Assembly (NCBI RefSeq): GCF_947568905.1
Contig: NC_079164.1
Location: 81,716,001 to 81,780,000 of the forward strand
From: Ostrea edulis
Taxonomy: Eukaryota
Direction: 5' to 3'
Length of the DNA stretch: 64,000 nt
Made by a program: the position numbers and the translations under genes. Position 1 is the first letter of the stretch, and each line of letters starts with the position of its first letter. This document shows, in pieces, positions 1-13,016 of the stretch. A model generated the notes under the pieces. That model searched no databases. It saw only the letters and a program-made list of their open reading frames with translations, and had not been told where the DNA came from.

Positions 1-116
1 GTACTCGAGTTAATTTTGATTGATGTTAAAATGTTTCAACTATTCCACTGACTTGACAAGATGTGGAAGAATGTTTTGTATTTAAAGGCAGATTACATAT
101 TCATTCGATATCTTAC

Positions 117-1223
117 CTGGAACTCCAAAGCAAAAATCTTTCTTTTCACACTCATTGAAATAATATTGGGTCCATTTCATATCTGGAATGGCAAGTACAG
201 AAATTATGGTGGTTTTTTTTAACAATTCAACTATATTATGATACTTTTAAAACATTCTCTCAAGATATTTTGAATGATTTTATTGTGGGATTAACGAAAT
301 TCATCGCTGTTGTCTTCACTTTTGATTGATTCATTGAATATTCACTTACACTGAAAACTTGTAGGTGACATACACAAAATATTTCCATGTAAGTCTATAT
401 AATTTGACGAGAGTGAATGCTGGAACCATAAATTTGTGCAGGTACACTCCCAGTCGATGTACGTCATGTTAATGGAGGTGAGGGACGTCAAACCATTGAA
501 AAGATCGAAGGAGACCTTGGTGAATTTATTCCGGGACAAGTTGATGGTTTGTACAGCAGTATTTGAAGAAAACATTCCGGTGGTCAAATTGACGAGATTT
601 GCATTGTCCACGGTGATTGATACCACACTAGTGATAGGAGAAAAGAAATTGGTGGCCAGCTCTCCGGCGGTCAGTTGGGCATTCTTTATCGTGAAGCCTC
701 CGATAGGGTTGGGAACGCTGGCAAGTCTCTGAATGGTCAAGCCAGCAAGACTTGATGCATCCGTTGAGGCGATGATCCCCCTGTCGATTTCTAGGTAATC
801 TAACTGCATCCCATTGAATGTGTTGGCTGGGATCCCGTTGTTAAGATTGCAACCCACGAGTCGTAATTCCTGGATATAGGTCATGTCGGAAAAGGAGGTT
901 GTAGCAAGCCCAAGTGTACCCGAAGTGGCGCAGGAAATTTCAAGCGAGGCTTTGTAGTTTGTATCAAACGTGGAGACATCGTAGGCATTGAATCCCGAGA
1001 AGACGCTGGCACTTACCAAGTTACCCGTGAAAAATGTGATTTTCAGTCGTTGTGGGTTTGGACTCGAAAATGATCCAAGCGCGACGGGAAATGTTGCATT
1101 TGTAAAGTCACAAGAATAAACACCTATTGCTTTTGTATATTCCTCGTAGGTACAACCACTAGGGAATGTTGCTCCGTGACACAGAGACTGAAATGCCAGG
1201 ATGACTATTATTTTCAGAATCAT
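117..1223 (-). CDS. LRR transmembrane-family paralog 1, partial; exons 1223-350 and 182-117; TM/tail exon expected beyond the window start
   Basis: ATG at 1223 starts a signal-peptide-like MILKIIVILAFQSLCHGA, followed by PSGC..YSCDF, LxxLxL repeats and WECTCTNLWF (LRRCT). Donor CAGT|GTAAGT at 350/349; acceptor TTCCAG| at 183; 66-nt exon YMKWTQYYFNECEKKDFCFGVPG; donor CCAG|GTAAGA at 117/116. Confidence 0.85.
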
Positions 1224-2492
1224 TTTCGTTTCAGTTTGACGAAGCGCTCTAGCAAACTTTGGTGAGGAACATGCCTTTCCAAAGCGGTTTAAATTTCGCT
1301 GTCTATTTGAAGGAAGAATAAACACCTCCCTTATTACTGTGTATTGTCAGAGGACTAAATCGATCTTTGACATTCTTTAATGAATGTTTCAGATCAGTAT
1401 TTACTTTTGGACTTCATTTATGAATTCGCAATAATAGTTGTTGATACAAAAGATAGCGGACATGACAGAAGACTTACACTGCACGTGACTTTAAGGTGAC
1501 GAGTTGTTCGACTTCGTATGTACAATCGGAAATGGGTTAATACTGTATGTGTAAATGGCCCTGGATATCATATGAAATTAATTCAATTAATGATCATTAA
1601 AGAAAAAAAATCAAATTAACGTTGTCATAAGTAATTCTACGCATATTGAATTGAAACCTACAATTTTATGCCATACTGTAAAATACAAACCTTACCATAT
1701 TTTCATTCGTTGTTAATTTTGTATTTACATTTAAAGAGGCATTAGCTGTGAAAGTAATGACAACCATTTCTTTCTCAAAATTTCTCAATGGTATAGGAAT
1801 ATATCTTAATGACTAAAAAAGTCATTTATTTGTACAAAAACTACGTTTGATAACCACTTCTAGTGTAAAGAAATATATAAGGAAGAATTATTATCTTGCA
1901 AGACAATAATTATTTAATCGTCAAAATCGCACATTTGTGTGCCTGTTTTGAGGTTAAAAAGTGTTTGAAATAATTAAATACTGGTGTTATTACTGAAATA
2001 TATGATAAAGAGCAATTTTCATTGAATTCAATTTTTGGTGACAAAATTACAGATAATGCCCCATTCAGATTTGCAATAGGGCATGGATTTGCATAATTAG
2101 ATTGTATCAACATTTTGATGATTTTAGGTACCTGCCCTTTGATGGCAGTACTACAATGTAGTTACAAATACTGAGGTGGGTTTTTTTTTTAAGTAAACAA
2201 AAATGAATGTTTTCAATGTTCACAGGGATACATTAATCGTAAGATTAAATGCAACCTTTATAAACCCAAAACTAACTTTTTATTGTATCTAATATATTTT
2301 CTTAGCATACCTTGATCTAATTCCTTAAGAAAACATTCAGCACACGGACTATATCTCATTGACAAATAGAGATTATTTATACACCTGAAATGTAAGTATT
2401 AAATTAAATGGTTATTCAAAAGACCACCAAATTATGTGAGTTGGACGTTTAACTATAAGGAATCTATTCACGATAAACTGACTGCCATCAAA

Positions 2493-3961
2493 ATGTCTTC
2501 CTTGATAAGTTTTTTGCTTGGACTTTTGATCGGAATAGTATCGTCTACCACTGCCCCTAGCGGATGTACTTATGATACCTCTACATCTTCAATGGGGCTC
2601 TACATCTGTGATTTTGCTTCAATTACGCTTCCACTTGAGTACAACAATTTCAGCGACCCCGAACCTCAGCGTTTGGTTATTCATGACGTCACTGGGGATA
2701 TTTCAGCATCACAGCTATTCCTTGGTTTCAGTGTCTTCAACTATTCAGCAGTGAATGCAGACTATACAAATTATTTAGAAATTGGGTGTAAATCAGGAGG
2801 CTCCGTACAAATCTCCAACACTACGTTTACAGATCTAAATTTCATCAATGAAGTCAAAATGACTGGCTGCAATTTCACGAGTGGTATACCAAGTAATGCC
2901 TTTTCTACATTCGAAAATCTGGATTCCTTGACAATCGAGGGCGGTATAATATCATCAACACAATCGGATACTTTTTCTGGATTGAACATCACAAAGCTTT
3001 CTAGTGTTCCCAGTCCACAAGGAAAACTTACGATTAAGAACGTCAAAGTAGGGTCCAATTTCTCTTCTGGGTTCTTCGACCCGCTTTCCATGGTTTCCGC
3101 CATTGACATTAGTGGGTGTGGGATCACCACTGTCGATTCTAATACGTTTTTGTACAACAACAAAGTCACTTTACTCAATTTGGCGAACAACAATTTCACA
3201 ACCCTTCCAAGGACATTTCTACAAAACATGACTTCATTGACAGAAGTTGATGTCTCCGGAATTGCCTGGGATTGCTCGTGTGACAATCTCTGGTTTCTGG
3301 ACCACTTTTCTGCGTACTCCATGCGCATCAAAGGTGGCATTCTCTGTAGCGGCGGACAAAGAGCTGCGCAATACTTCGGTGAACAGTGCAGAAGCACCGA
3401 CAATTGCTACAGCATACCAGGTAAGACCCCATCCAGGAGAATAAAGAAAAAGTGACACTATAGAAGAGGGTGTGTCCCCACTAAGTCTTTATTACATGGC
3501 TTAATCAGGCTGATACGATGTCAGAGAAGTTGATATAAAGAATGCAACATCGTCACGAACACACAATCACTGGTAAACAATTGATTTAAAATGGTGCATT
3601 TGGCTCTTTGTCTTTTATTGTATTTCACTTGAATTATATGGTTTTTACTGTTTTATTTTGTTTTTATCTAGGCATCGCCATCGGAATAGACTGTTTTGAG
3701 TGGTACCAAATAATTTCTTACACTTTCACCGCCGTGTCATTTGTCCTGGCCTGGATCGCTTTTGTAGTAGTCGTTGCGTACCGCAGCGCTATGTACAAGA
3801 ACGAGAAGGAAATCGAAATCAGGAAGAGAGAAAAGGCAATACGAGTCTTAGAGGCCCTGAAACGAGGTGGTGGGGGAGGCCAAAAGGCACCTCCTAAGGC
3901 CAATCTCTCATGGGCAATCACAGATCAAGCGGAGAGCACGGAGGTCAAAAAGGCACTTTGA
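2493..3961 (+). CDS. LRR transmembrane-family paralog 2, 405 aa; exons 2493-3420 and 3672-3961 (two exons only)
   Basis: Signal peptide MSSLISFLLGLLIGIVSS, LRRs, WDCSCDNLWF. The stalk (QRAAQYFGEQCRSTDNCYSIPG) is contiguous with exon 1. Donor CCAG|GTAAGA, acceptor TATCTAG|; TM IISYTFTAVSFVLAWIAFVVVVAY; basic tail; spliced length 1218 nt, in frame. Confidence 0.88.
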
Positions 3962-4148
3962 GTCTTTATGTTTTGCAAATGACTTCAAATGTACATATTA
4001 TATTTTTGGAATTGAATAAAGCGTTGTTATACAATAGAATATTTGTAAAATGTAAAGGAATAGTTTCACGTGAGGCTGCACATCAAAATGAATTATCTGA
4101 TCAAAGAAATTAGTACATGTAATCGTAAATGACCTTTAATTAAATTTT

Positions 4149-4449
4149 AACCGCCGCGGTGGTCTATAGGTTAGAGCGTTCGCCCCGCATGTGGAAGGCC
4201 GGGGTTCAAATACCTGACCTAAGTCGTTAAAACAGGTAAAAAAAACGTGTGACACGGGACATCCGTTTTTAAGGTCATCTCCGAGGACCCGTGACATTCA
4301 CACCTGTTACCGAGCGTTTGGCACTGGAGCTGTCACTACCTGTTTTAATGACGTAGGTCTGTCGCGGCCAGGATTCGAACCCCGGCCTTCCGCATGCGGG
4401 GCGAATGCCCACCACGGCGGTTCCGTAAGTGCCGAATATAGGCCTAAAT

Positions 4450-4487
<38 letters not shown>

Positions 4488-4535
4488 CAGTGAAAGAATT
4501 TCGAGATGGACGTTAAACGATATATAATCAATCAA
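4149..4535. mobile_element. Rearranged tRNA-derived SINE: forward head, inverted 5' half, forward 3' tail
   Basis: A-box/B-box-like head at 4149-4238; reverse-complement copy of the head and body at about 4247-4422; 3' part ending in (ATCA)n at 4423-4535. Confidence 0.75.
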
Positions 4536-4544
4536 TTCAATAAT

Positions 4545-5197
4545 CGTTTGGAACTTCCATGGGTATTGATTGTTCTCCTTTGATGGTTGACTTGTTTTTA
4601 TCTTTTTACGAGGTAGAATTTATTCAAAGGCTTCTACATGAGAAGGAAAAATCTCCTGCTGTGGCCTTCAACTCGACATTTAGATGTATCGACGATGTTT
4701 TATTTATTAACAATAATAATTTTCTCTCATATGTCGATTCGATATATCCCAGTGAACTCGAAATAAAAGACACCACAGTCTTCTACATCTGCTTCGTAAT
4801 ATTTGTTCTGCGTGTAGTCACTTTTTGAATTGACAGGCTACTGCAAAAAAAAGTTGTTGTTACAGTAGTTTCAACAGTCTCGATCGAAGTCAGCATTTCG
4901 CAAATTCTATGGTCGTTATAACGATCTAGTTCGTCAATACAACCTGTCATTGGGTCAAATGCTGTCTGACGTGTTTCATACAAATTGTTAGGCCGTTCTT
5001 TAAACGATGATTTTGACTACTGATTACTTCCGTTTACACAGCGGGTGTGACCGGTCGACAGGGGATGCTTACTCCTCCTAGGCCCTGATCCAGCCTCTGG
5101 TATATCCAGGGGTCCGTGATTCCCCAATTCATAATTATATATTCCTCATAGGAGTTATGAGATTGATCACTGTTCGTTATCTTCACTTTTTCATTGA
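4545..5197 (+). mobile_element. Penelope-like retroelement fragment (RT piece plus 3' region), degenerate
   Basis: ORF 4559-4828 MGIDCSPLMVDLFLSFYEVEFIQ..FRCIDDVLFINN resembles the PLE RT GIPMG/RYIDD region. The 3' block GGGTGTGACCGGTCGACAGGGGATGCTTACTCCTCCTAGG..GAGATTGATCACTGTTCGTTATCTTCAC recurs several times in the window. Confidence 0.7.
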
Positions 5198-6070
5198 ACA
5201 AAGAAGTTCTCCATTTGGAAATTAACATAAAAAAGTTAATTGAAAATTACGACGCTTCGTCATATCATTATTTTCAAACTTGTGTGTGTAAAGTCTTTCC
5301 CTGAGGAGATGTCTTGTCATTATTTGAAATTGTTTTCTTTGAAAAAAATATCAATAACTGTAGTTTTGAAATGACACATTTTTGTCTCTTGAAGAATATT
5401 ACTATCAAACATCCGCTTTATTATTCAAAACCAATCCCAGTGCGTGGGAGGACATTTATGGTATGCTGATTTCATGACGTTGTCTGAAGCACAGTTTTAT
5501 TATGACATTCCAATATATAACTCATGGGAAAACTTAAAAATCATGTGATTTATGTACTGAATAAACATTATATAGTGTCATTACATAATAACGTTCACTG
5601 CAGTCAGTTATGTTGAAGAAAACAACAACGTCAATTTGATTAGCAAGCATGGAGAGTTAATCGTGCTCTGCGTATTGACAGATTCCTTATTTCTCTCTTA
5701 AAATTAACAAAAATCAAAAGTAAGTTCCATGGCACAAAATTTAGATACAAAATCCCGTAGCATACTTGTTCACAATTATGTTACGTTCTTGTTACACCTG
5801 AAGGTCTTGGAGTTGGTTCTTTGTAATGATTAAAATCTGAAACACTTTGTATATAGATTTTAAAGCAATCTTAACTTCTCTATCAATAGTATTGAGTTGT
5901 CTCTCTTTTAGTAATAAAGCCGTAGGAGGTCATTGCAAGAAATAATTCTAATCATCGTACATTCAAAATACCAAAGATTTCAACATCACGTTAGCGATGA
6001 ATCACATCACTATCTTAAATCCTAAGACCTTTGATAACATTGATGGAGGAGCACCTTGGAGTCAAGTTAG

Positions 6071-7086
6071 GTTGGAGTATGAATATTTATACAAATAAGA
6101 CTGGAGTATGAATGTGTGATGTGTCTACATCAATAAGACCGGAATATGAATGTGTGGTGTGTCTATATAAATGAGACTGAAGTATGAATGTGTGATGTGT
6201 CTATATAAATAAGACTGGAGTATGAATGTGTGGTGTGTTTATATAAATAAGACTGGAATATGAATATGTGATGTGTTTATATAAATAAGACTGGAGTATG
6301 AATATGTGATGTGTCTATATAAATAAGACTGGAGTATGAATGTGAGATTTGTCTATGAATAAGACTGGAGTATGAATGTGTGATGTGTCTATATAAATAA
6401 GACTGGAGTATGAATGTGTAATGTGTCTATCAATAAGACTGGAGTATGAATATGTGATGTGTTTATATAAATAAGACTGGAGTATGAATATGTGATGTGT
6501 CTATATAAATACAACTGGAGTATGAATGTGAGATTTGTCTATGAATAAGACTGGAGTATGAATGTGTGATGTGTCTATATAAATAAGACTGGAGTATGAA
6601 TGTGTAATGTGTCTATCAATAAGACTGGAGTATGAATATGTGATGTGTCTATATGAATAAGACTGGAGTATGAATGTGTAATGTGTCTATCAATAAGACT
6701 GGAGTATGAATGTGTAATGTGTCTATCAATAAGACTGGAGTATGAATGTGTGATGTGTCTATATAAATAAGACTGGAGTATGAATGTGTAATGTGTCTAT
6801 CAATAAGACTGGAGTATGAATATGTGATGTGTCTATATGAATAAGACTGGAGTATGAATGTGTAATGTGTCTATCAATAAGACTGGAGTATGAATGTGTG
6901 ATGTGTCTATATAAATAAGACTGGAGTATGAATGTGTAATGTGTCTATCAATAAGACTGGAGTATGAATATGTGATGTGTCTATATGAATAAGACTGGAG
7001 TATGAATGTGTGGTGTGTATATAAATAAGACTGGGGTATGAATGTGTGATATGTCTATAAATAAGACTGGAGTATGAATATGTGAT
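6071..7086. repeat. Minisatellite, 36-38 bp unit, about 27 copies
   Basis: Tandem AATAAGACTGGAGTATGAATGTGTGATGTGTCTATATA with 36-bp variants. Confidence 0.95.
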
Positions 7087-7216
7087 GCGGAATATTAATT
7101 TAGTGTTCAAATACTGTATATCACATGTATTGTTTTGATTTATACCCTAATACAATTAAAATCAAATGCATATTTTCAATTACATGATTTCTAAAGTTGT
7201 TTTTCACCCTCCCCCT

Positions 7217-7218
<2 letters not shown>

Positions 7219-7268
<50 letters not shown>
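7219..7268. repeat. (CT)n microsatellite
   Basis: Directly visible. Confidence 0.95.
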
Positions 7269-7270
<2 letters not shown>

Positions 7271-7791
7271 AAGGGAAGGGGTCCTTACTTCCGTAACAAA
7301 ATGTACAAGAGCTTGATACTTACCCATTTTCTATATGCATTCATTGGTGTTTAGAGTACAAACTTTATCTAGTTAGTTATTTTGAATTTAGTAGTTTAGA
7401 AAATGCCACACACACCAAATATTGATCTGAAACCTTTTGTTTTGGTGTTTTTAAACACTGTGTTAAAACAAGATTTTCAAAGGTCCAAAACACCTTTAAT
7501 ATCACAAAATATCTATTAATTTAATTAATACAATTCGTGTATGTAGTTCAGGAGAAATTTAATGATCTATGATTAACCTTAATGTTGAATTAAAAGTTCT
7601 CTGGCATATAAACACTCTGAATATTAAATCGTTAATCTGGTCTCTGGTTAGAAGAGGATTACTTGATAGACGAATAAATAATTTGCCATTGTTATTTCTG
7701 TTGGACCTTAAAGTATAACAAATGAAACTGGAGCGATCGCAATTGCAGGTTGAAAACCATGTGAGTATCTGAGGACAACTTACCATCAAAC

Positions 7792-9948
7792 ATGAGGGGT
7801 TTGATGTGCTTTATGTTGTGTCTGACATTTTATTCATGGCGGATCAAAGCTGCACAGCCGACAGGATGTAGTTACAGCACAGAAACTGGGTCACGTGGTC
7901 TGTATACCTGTGACTTCGCGGTTATGTCCCTTCCCGTTACCTACAGTGCCTTCACCAACCCAATACCCCAGCGTATTAAGATCAGGAATATCAACGGTAA
8001 CTTTCCAGTGTCATCTCCGACGAAGTCTTTTAACGGATTCGGAAGCTATTCAACAGCCAGCCATGACTCAGACTTCACCTCCTATGTGCAGCTTGAATGC
8101 TCAACCGGAAATCCTGGGGGACAGGTCATAATTTCATCAGGAACGTTTTGGCAGATGACTTACCTTGAAGAACTGCATATTAAAAACTGTAGGTTAACAA
8201 ATGGTCTGCCTGAATATGTATTTGCTGACATCAAAAGTTTGCACATATTAACAATTGAGGGAGGTTCTATCGCAGCAACGTCCGGAAACAGTATGGCCGA
8301 CTTCAACATCACCGTATCTTCGGCGTTAATCAATTCCAGAGGCGTTTTAAACTTCACAAATGTGGCCTTAACTGGAGGAGCGATAACCAGTGGCTTTTTC
8401 TACCCCTTGACCACTGTGGACACCATCATCCTGGACAATAACGGTCTCACCACCGTAGACACCTCCATGTTCTCTCAGAACACTCGGCTTCGACAACTCT
8501 TTATCAGAAACAACCCTATCACCTCTATCCCAAACAATATGTTTTCGGGTTTGGACGCCTTGACGTTCGTGGAACTGAGTGGAATGAGTCTAACATGTTC
8601 CTGTGAAAATGTCTGGTTCATCAAGCACTTCAACGACAACAACATCACTCTTGGAGACGGAGCTCTGTGTTCAATGAGTACAAATGGTAATCTTTAGAAC
8701 CTTGAACAGAGTAGATGAGGATATTGACTGTTCATTATTTTCTAGAATACAAGTACACTTTTCATCTTTCTTCATTGAATAAGAAATTATATATGAGCTT
8801 CATCGTAGACTCAAGAGGGTTAGCTAGCTGCGGAACTGTAATTCTCTGGGGAATTGGGTTAGCTGCGGAACTGTAATTCTCTAGGGAATTGGGTTAGCTG
8901 TGGAACTAGTTCTCTGGGGAACTGAGTGAGCTGTGGAACTGTAGTTCTCTGGGGGAAATGTAATATATACCAGAGAGCTACAGACCCTTCCGCTACAAAA
9001 ACCTTCCGATTTACAGCGCAACTTTTTCTGCGTACGATTGAGGTGGGATATCGCTGTATCCTTCAATCGTAGCCTCATTTGTTTTGATATCAAAACATAT
9101 TTCCCCCACTACAGTTTAGTCAAGTCAAACCATCAAACATTCATTAAATCCCAGGGGTTAACATAGTTACAAGCAAAATTCATTGAAGCTTCGAGTTTTC
9201 GGTCAGCATATCTAAATTCAGCGATAAAAGACTTAGATCGTGGGCAGAAAAGGGTCCGTTGCAAATGTAAGGTTTTGATAAAGCTTGTATATGTAGCTCA
9301 GAGAGTTGCAACTACAACAAAGATAGATCGAAGATTTTGATTATCATAACTGCAATGAAGCTCATCAATTGTTTTTTTTGATTTTTTTTAAAGAAAGAAA
9401 TCCAAATATCAGGTAATCTAAAGATTTTTTCCCTTTTCCATTCTAGTGAAAAATGCCGAGAAATATTATTATGAAAACTGTGTGACATATGATATCTGCG
9501 ATGGAATACCAGGTAAATGAGTCGAATGATCAAGAATACTCATTACAGATGTACATCAACATTACACGTCATAATTACAAAATGTAAAACTTTTAATGTA
9601 TATGTAAAGGGGATCACAACACCCAAACGTCTTCCGTGCTACTACAATGTATCATTATTACAGTATGTGCATTTTGTTCTGTTACTTCTAGGTCTCATCG
9701 TTGGAGACACCTGCTACCACTGGTTTAGGATTATCTTTGTCCTCTTACTTATCCTTGCTATAATCCTCGTTATCTTGGTATTCGTTCTCCTTTGTCATAC
9801 CCGGAAGAAACTGATGTCGCAGCACGATAAACTCAGAGCCAAACAGACAGAAAAGTGGTCTAAAATCCAACAGGTCCTTAACTCTCAGACTGTCAGCAAA
9901 CAGAAACCGCCTGCCGCCACTTTACCACCGAAGGCTGCCAATTGGTGA
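7792..9948 (+). CDS. LRR transmembrane-family paralog 3, 405 aa; exons 7792-8686, 9447-9512, 9692-9948
   Basis: Signal peptide, PTGC..YTCDF, LRRs, LTCSCENVWF. Donors G|GTAATC and CCAG|GTAAAT; acceptors TTCTAG|; 66-nt exon VKNAEKYYYENCVTYDICDGIPG; TM IIFVLLLILAIILVILVFVLLC; tail ends KQKPP..ANW*; 1218 nt in frame. Confidence 0.9.
8826..8955. repeat. About 35-bp tandem repeat (about 3.5 copies) in intron 1 of paralog 3
   Basis: AGCTGCGGAACTGTAATTCTCTGGGGAATTGGGTT repeated with decay. Confidence 0.8.
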
Positions 9949-10149
9949 TCACCACAGATTACTTTACAATCGCCGATCACGTGACATGAAACGTTTAGCA
10001 CCGCTTTACACATTCTATGCTGCTGGTGAACACATGAGGTTAATTTGCGTAGTGTGTATATGTTTATATGTCAATGAATCTTTTACTTTCTATAAAATAA
10101 AAGAACACGAAATCGATCTGATTATCTTATGAAAATAAATCGGTTGGTG

Positions 10150-10958
10150 GTAAAGGGGCATTCTGTTAGTATTGCCATGGGCATGAACTGTGTTCCTGTA
10201 TTAGCTGACATGTTTGTTTTTTCTTATGAAACAGAATTTAGTCCAAACATCTAAATGAGAAGAAAAAATCTCTTGCTGTTGCCTTCAATTTGACACTTAG
10301 ATACATCCACGACGTTTTATCTACAACACTCACCTTCATTCATTCGTCGATTCGGTATATCCCATTAAACTCGAAATAAAAGATACCACAGAGTCTTCCA
10401 TATCTGCTTCATATTTGGATATTTTGAACATGGGCGTTAACGGCAAACTCTACTTTATGACAATCGAGATGAGTTCAGCTTCCCATTCGTCAGCTTTCTA
10501 TATTCAAGTCGCTACATCACCTGCATATGGTTTTAATGTATCTCAACTGATTCGATACGCAAGAGCATGTTTTGCGTACGATCAATTTTCAATCGCGACA
10601 GACTGCTGACGAATAAGTTGATGTTAAATGGGTTCAACTGTCTCGTTTAAAGTCAAAATTTCGCGAATTCTTTGGTCATTATAATGATCTAATTTGCAAA
10701 TACAACTTTCATTAGGTCGAATGATGTCTGGTGTGTTTCATACCGATTGTTAGCTGATTTTGAAAACATGACTCCGTTTACCTGATCAAGATATAGAACT
10801 CACGGTGAGTGTGACCGGTCAACATGGCGTGGTTAATCCTCATACGTACCTGATCCCACCTCTGATGTTTCCTGGGGTCCTTGTTTGCCTTACCCTCAAT
10901 TTTGTATTCTTTATGGGAATTATGAGATTGATTACTGTTCGTTCTTCTCACTTTTTCA
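10150..10958 (+). mobile_element. Penelope-like retroelement fragment, degenerate
   Basis: ATTGCCATGGGCATGAACTGTGTTCCT (IxMGxNC), AGATACATCCACGACGTTTTATCT (RYI.DVLS) and the same 3' block as 4545-5197. Confidence 0.7.
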
Positions 10959-12224
10959 AGACTGATTGAGTCCCAATGAGGTAATATTCAGGAGTGATAT
11001 TCTGTTTTTCATTCTTAACGATACACGTACATGCTAAAGAGAGAGTAGGTAGGGAAAGGAAGATGCCTTCATCTTTAGGTTAAGATCTTAGTGTACCCAT
11101 TATTTGCTAGGGTAAGTTCCACATTACAAAAACCCTTTCTTCATATGTGGCCCCAAAGAGTAAGAATCGATGTTTTATATATTCCATCTATTTCACTGTC
11201 AAGGAAACTAAAAAGATGGACTTGACTTCTAACTTAAAAGCTGTTAAACATATTGTACCGATTACTGCAATTTATGTTAAAGCTTTTCTACGTTTCTTCT
11301 TTTAAAAATGGAACATACTAGACGTGGTTTGTGTCTACATCGTTTACGCAGAAAACGTGATCTCGTTCAAACTCCGTGCAGTGTCGATTATACGGGACTA
11401 CTTTATTGGAGTTGTAGCGTATTAGAATAATCCTGAGCTTTTAAGAGCTTGGATCTCATTGAACGTATTAGATATCAAAATATTGGATAATAATCATATA
11501 CAACCGCAAACCATGGGACATTCTTTTTATTACATATTTTATCCTATTTAATTTGCATTTCAATATATTCCCTTTACATGTAGTTCACTTTAACCCGAAG
11601 TACATCAATTCGAAACATTACGCCGCAAGAAATAGTTCGTTGGAATATATAAATAAAAATAAATATTGATCATCACAATATCTATTTCATAAAAGATCAT
11701 TTTTAATTGAGAAAGTTTTTTACCTTTTAAGTCGTTTTACATTAAAATTGTGGGATTAATCATGAAAAATGTCAGTTTTCGAATTCTCTGTTATAGATGA
11801 TGCGCGGTTTTTTGTTTTGTTGTTGTTGTTGTTTTTTTGTTTTTGTTGAGTTGTTGTTGTTGCATGTGTGAAATGTTGACGATGAATTTTCCACCATGTA
11901 CACCGTCATTAAGGAAATTTTGTATGCCTCCTGTGGAACATCCAGTGTTAGAATTGTTTTAAGATGCCAGTTGAACGTGGCGTATCTCAAGTAAAGTAGG
12001 AAAGTTGACATCAGTTAGATAAAGGGGTAAATATGTGATAAAAGACCTGAGTTTGTTTGGTTTATAATGTGAACTATCAGGTTTTCTAGCACTAAGAAAA
12101 GAAATTTCACAGTACGTTATTCAGTTGTGACCGAGGGTGGGGGGTGGGGGGTGGGGGGAGTAATAGGACGGTTTTCATTTTGAGTTTCAAGAAACGATTT
12201 CTGTCATTTCATGTCGACATGAAA

Positions 12225-12505
12225 CATGTCGGACAGCATTTGACTCGATGGAAGGCTGTATTGGCAAACTAGATCGTTATAACGACCATAGAATTTGCGA
12301 ACTAACGATCTAGTTTGCCAATACAACCTATTATTGGGTCAACTGCTGTCTGACGTGTTTCATGCAAATTGTTAGGCCGTTCTTGACACACTGATTTTTA
12401 CTACGGATAACTCCGTTTACCTGAACAGGATATAGGGCTCACTTTATTTTGTATTGCTTATAGGAGTTATGAGATTGATCACTATTCGTTATTTTCACCT
12501 TTCAC
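12225..12505 (+). mobile_element. Penelope-like 3' fragment, preceded by a short inverted piece
   Basis: Matches the 3' block of the other copies (CTGTCTGACGTGTTTCAT..GAGATTGATCACTATTCGTTATTTTCACCTTTCA). Confidence 0.65.
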
Positions 12506-12768
12506 CTTTTTCAAATAAATAGTAAAATGGATTGCCATGGGTCAGTGAACCTTAAAGATCACATCAATGAGGAGGCAGATTTTATTCATATGTGACAACT
12601 CTTACAGGGGCCTGGGATGTTCGCCCAATACCATTTTTATTAGGTCGATTATATACATTCTGTTTTGTTTCGTTATGTTTACTTATATTTCGTGTCGGTA
12701 GGTTTCTTTTTGTTTCATTTATCTTCTTTTTCGTTTCGCATTTTACAGATACGCCGTTGTAATACCAG

Positions 12769-13004
12769 GCCGGCGTTCAAGATCGTAGTGGCTAGCCTAG
12801 GGGCTAGGTATGGTGGACGATTTGTGCATTTTTGTTTGTTTGTTATTTTGAGTCGAAAAGACAAAACGATAACGAATAGACAAGAAAACTATAACATTAG
12901 CTACTTTTCGTCTTAAAATAACGAAAATACGACAAATTGCAAAATGGCACAAATCAGCCACCATGCTTAGCCCCAGACTAGCCGCTACGATCTTGAACGC
13001 AGCC
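12769..13004. mobile_element. MITE, PIF/Harbinger-like (CAG TSD)
   Basis: About 60-bp imperfect TIRs (GCGTTCAAGATCGTAGYGGCTAG..); CAG at 12766-68 and 13005-07. Confidence 0.75.
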
Positions 13005-13016
13005 CAGGTATGTATA

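Noticed and set aside
6071-7086. CRISPR-like array (also 41731-42040 and 39461-39862)
   Set aside because: Head-to-tail tandem units without unique spacers, eukaryotic context, and no cas genes.
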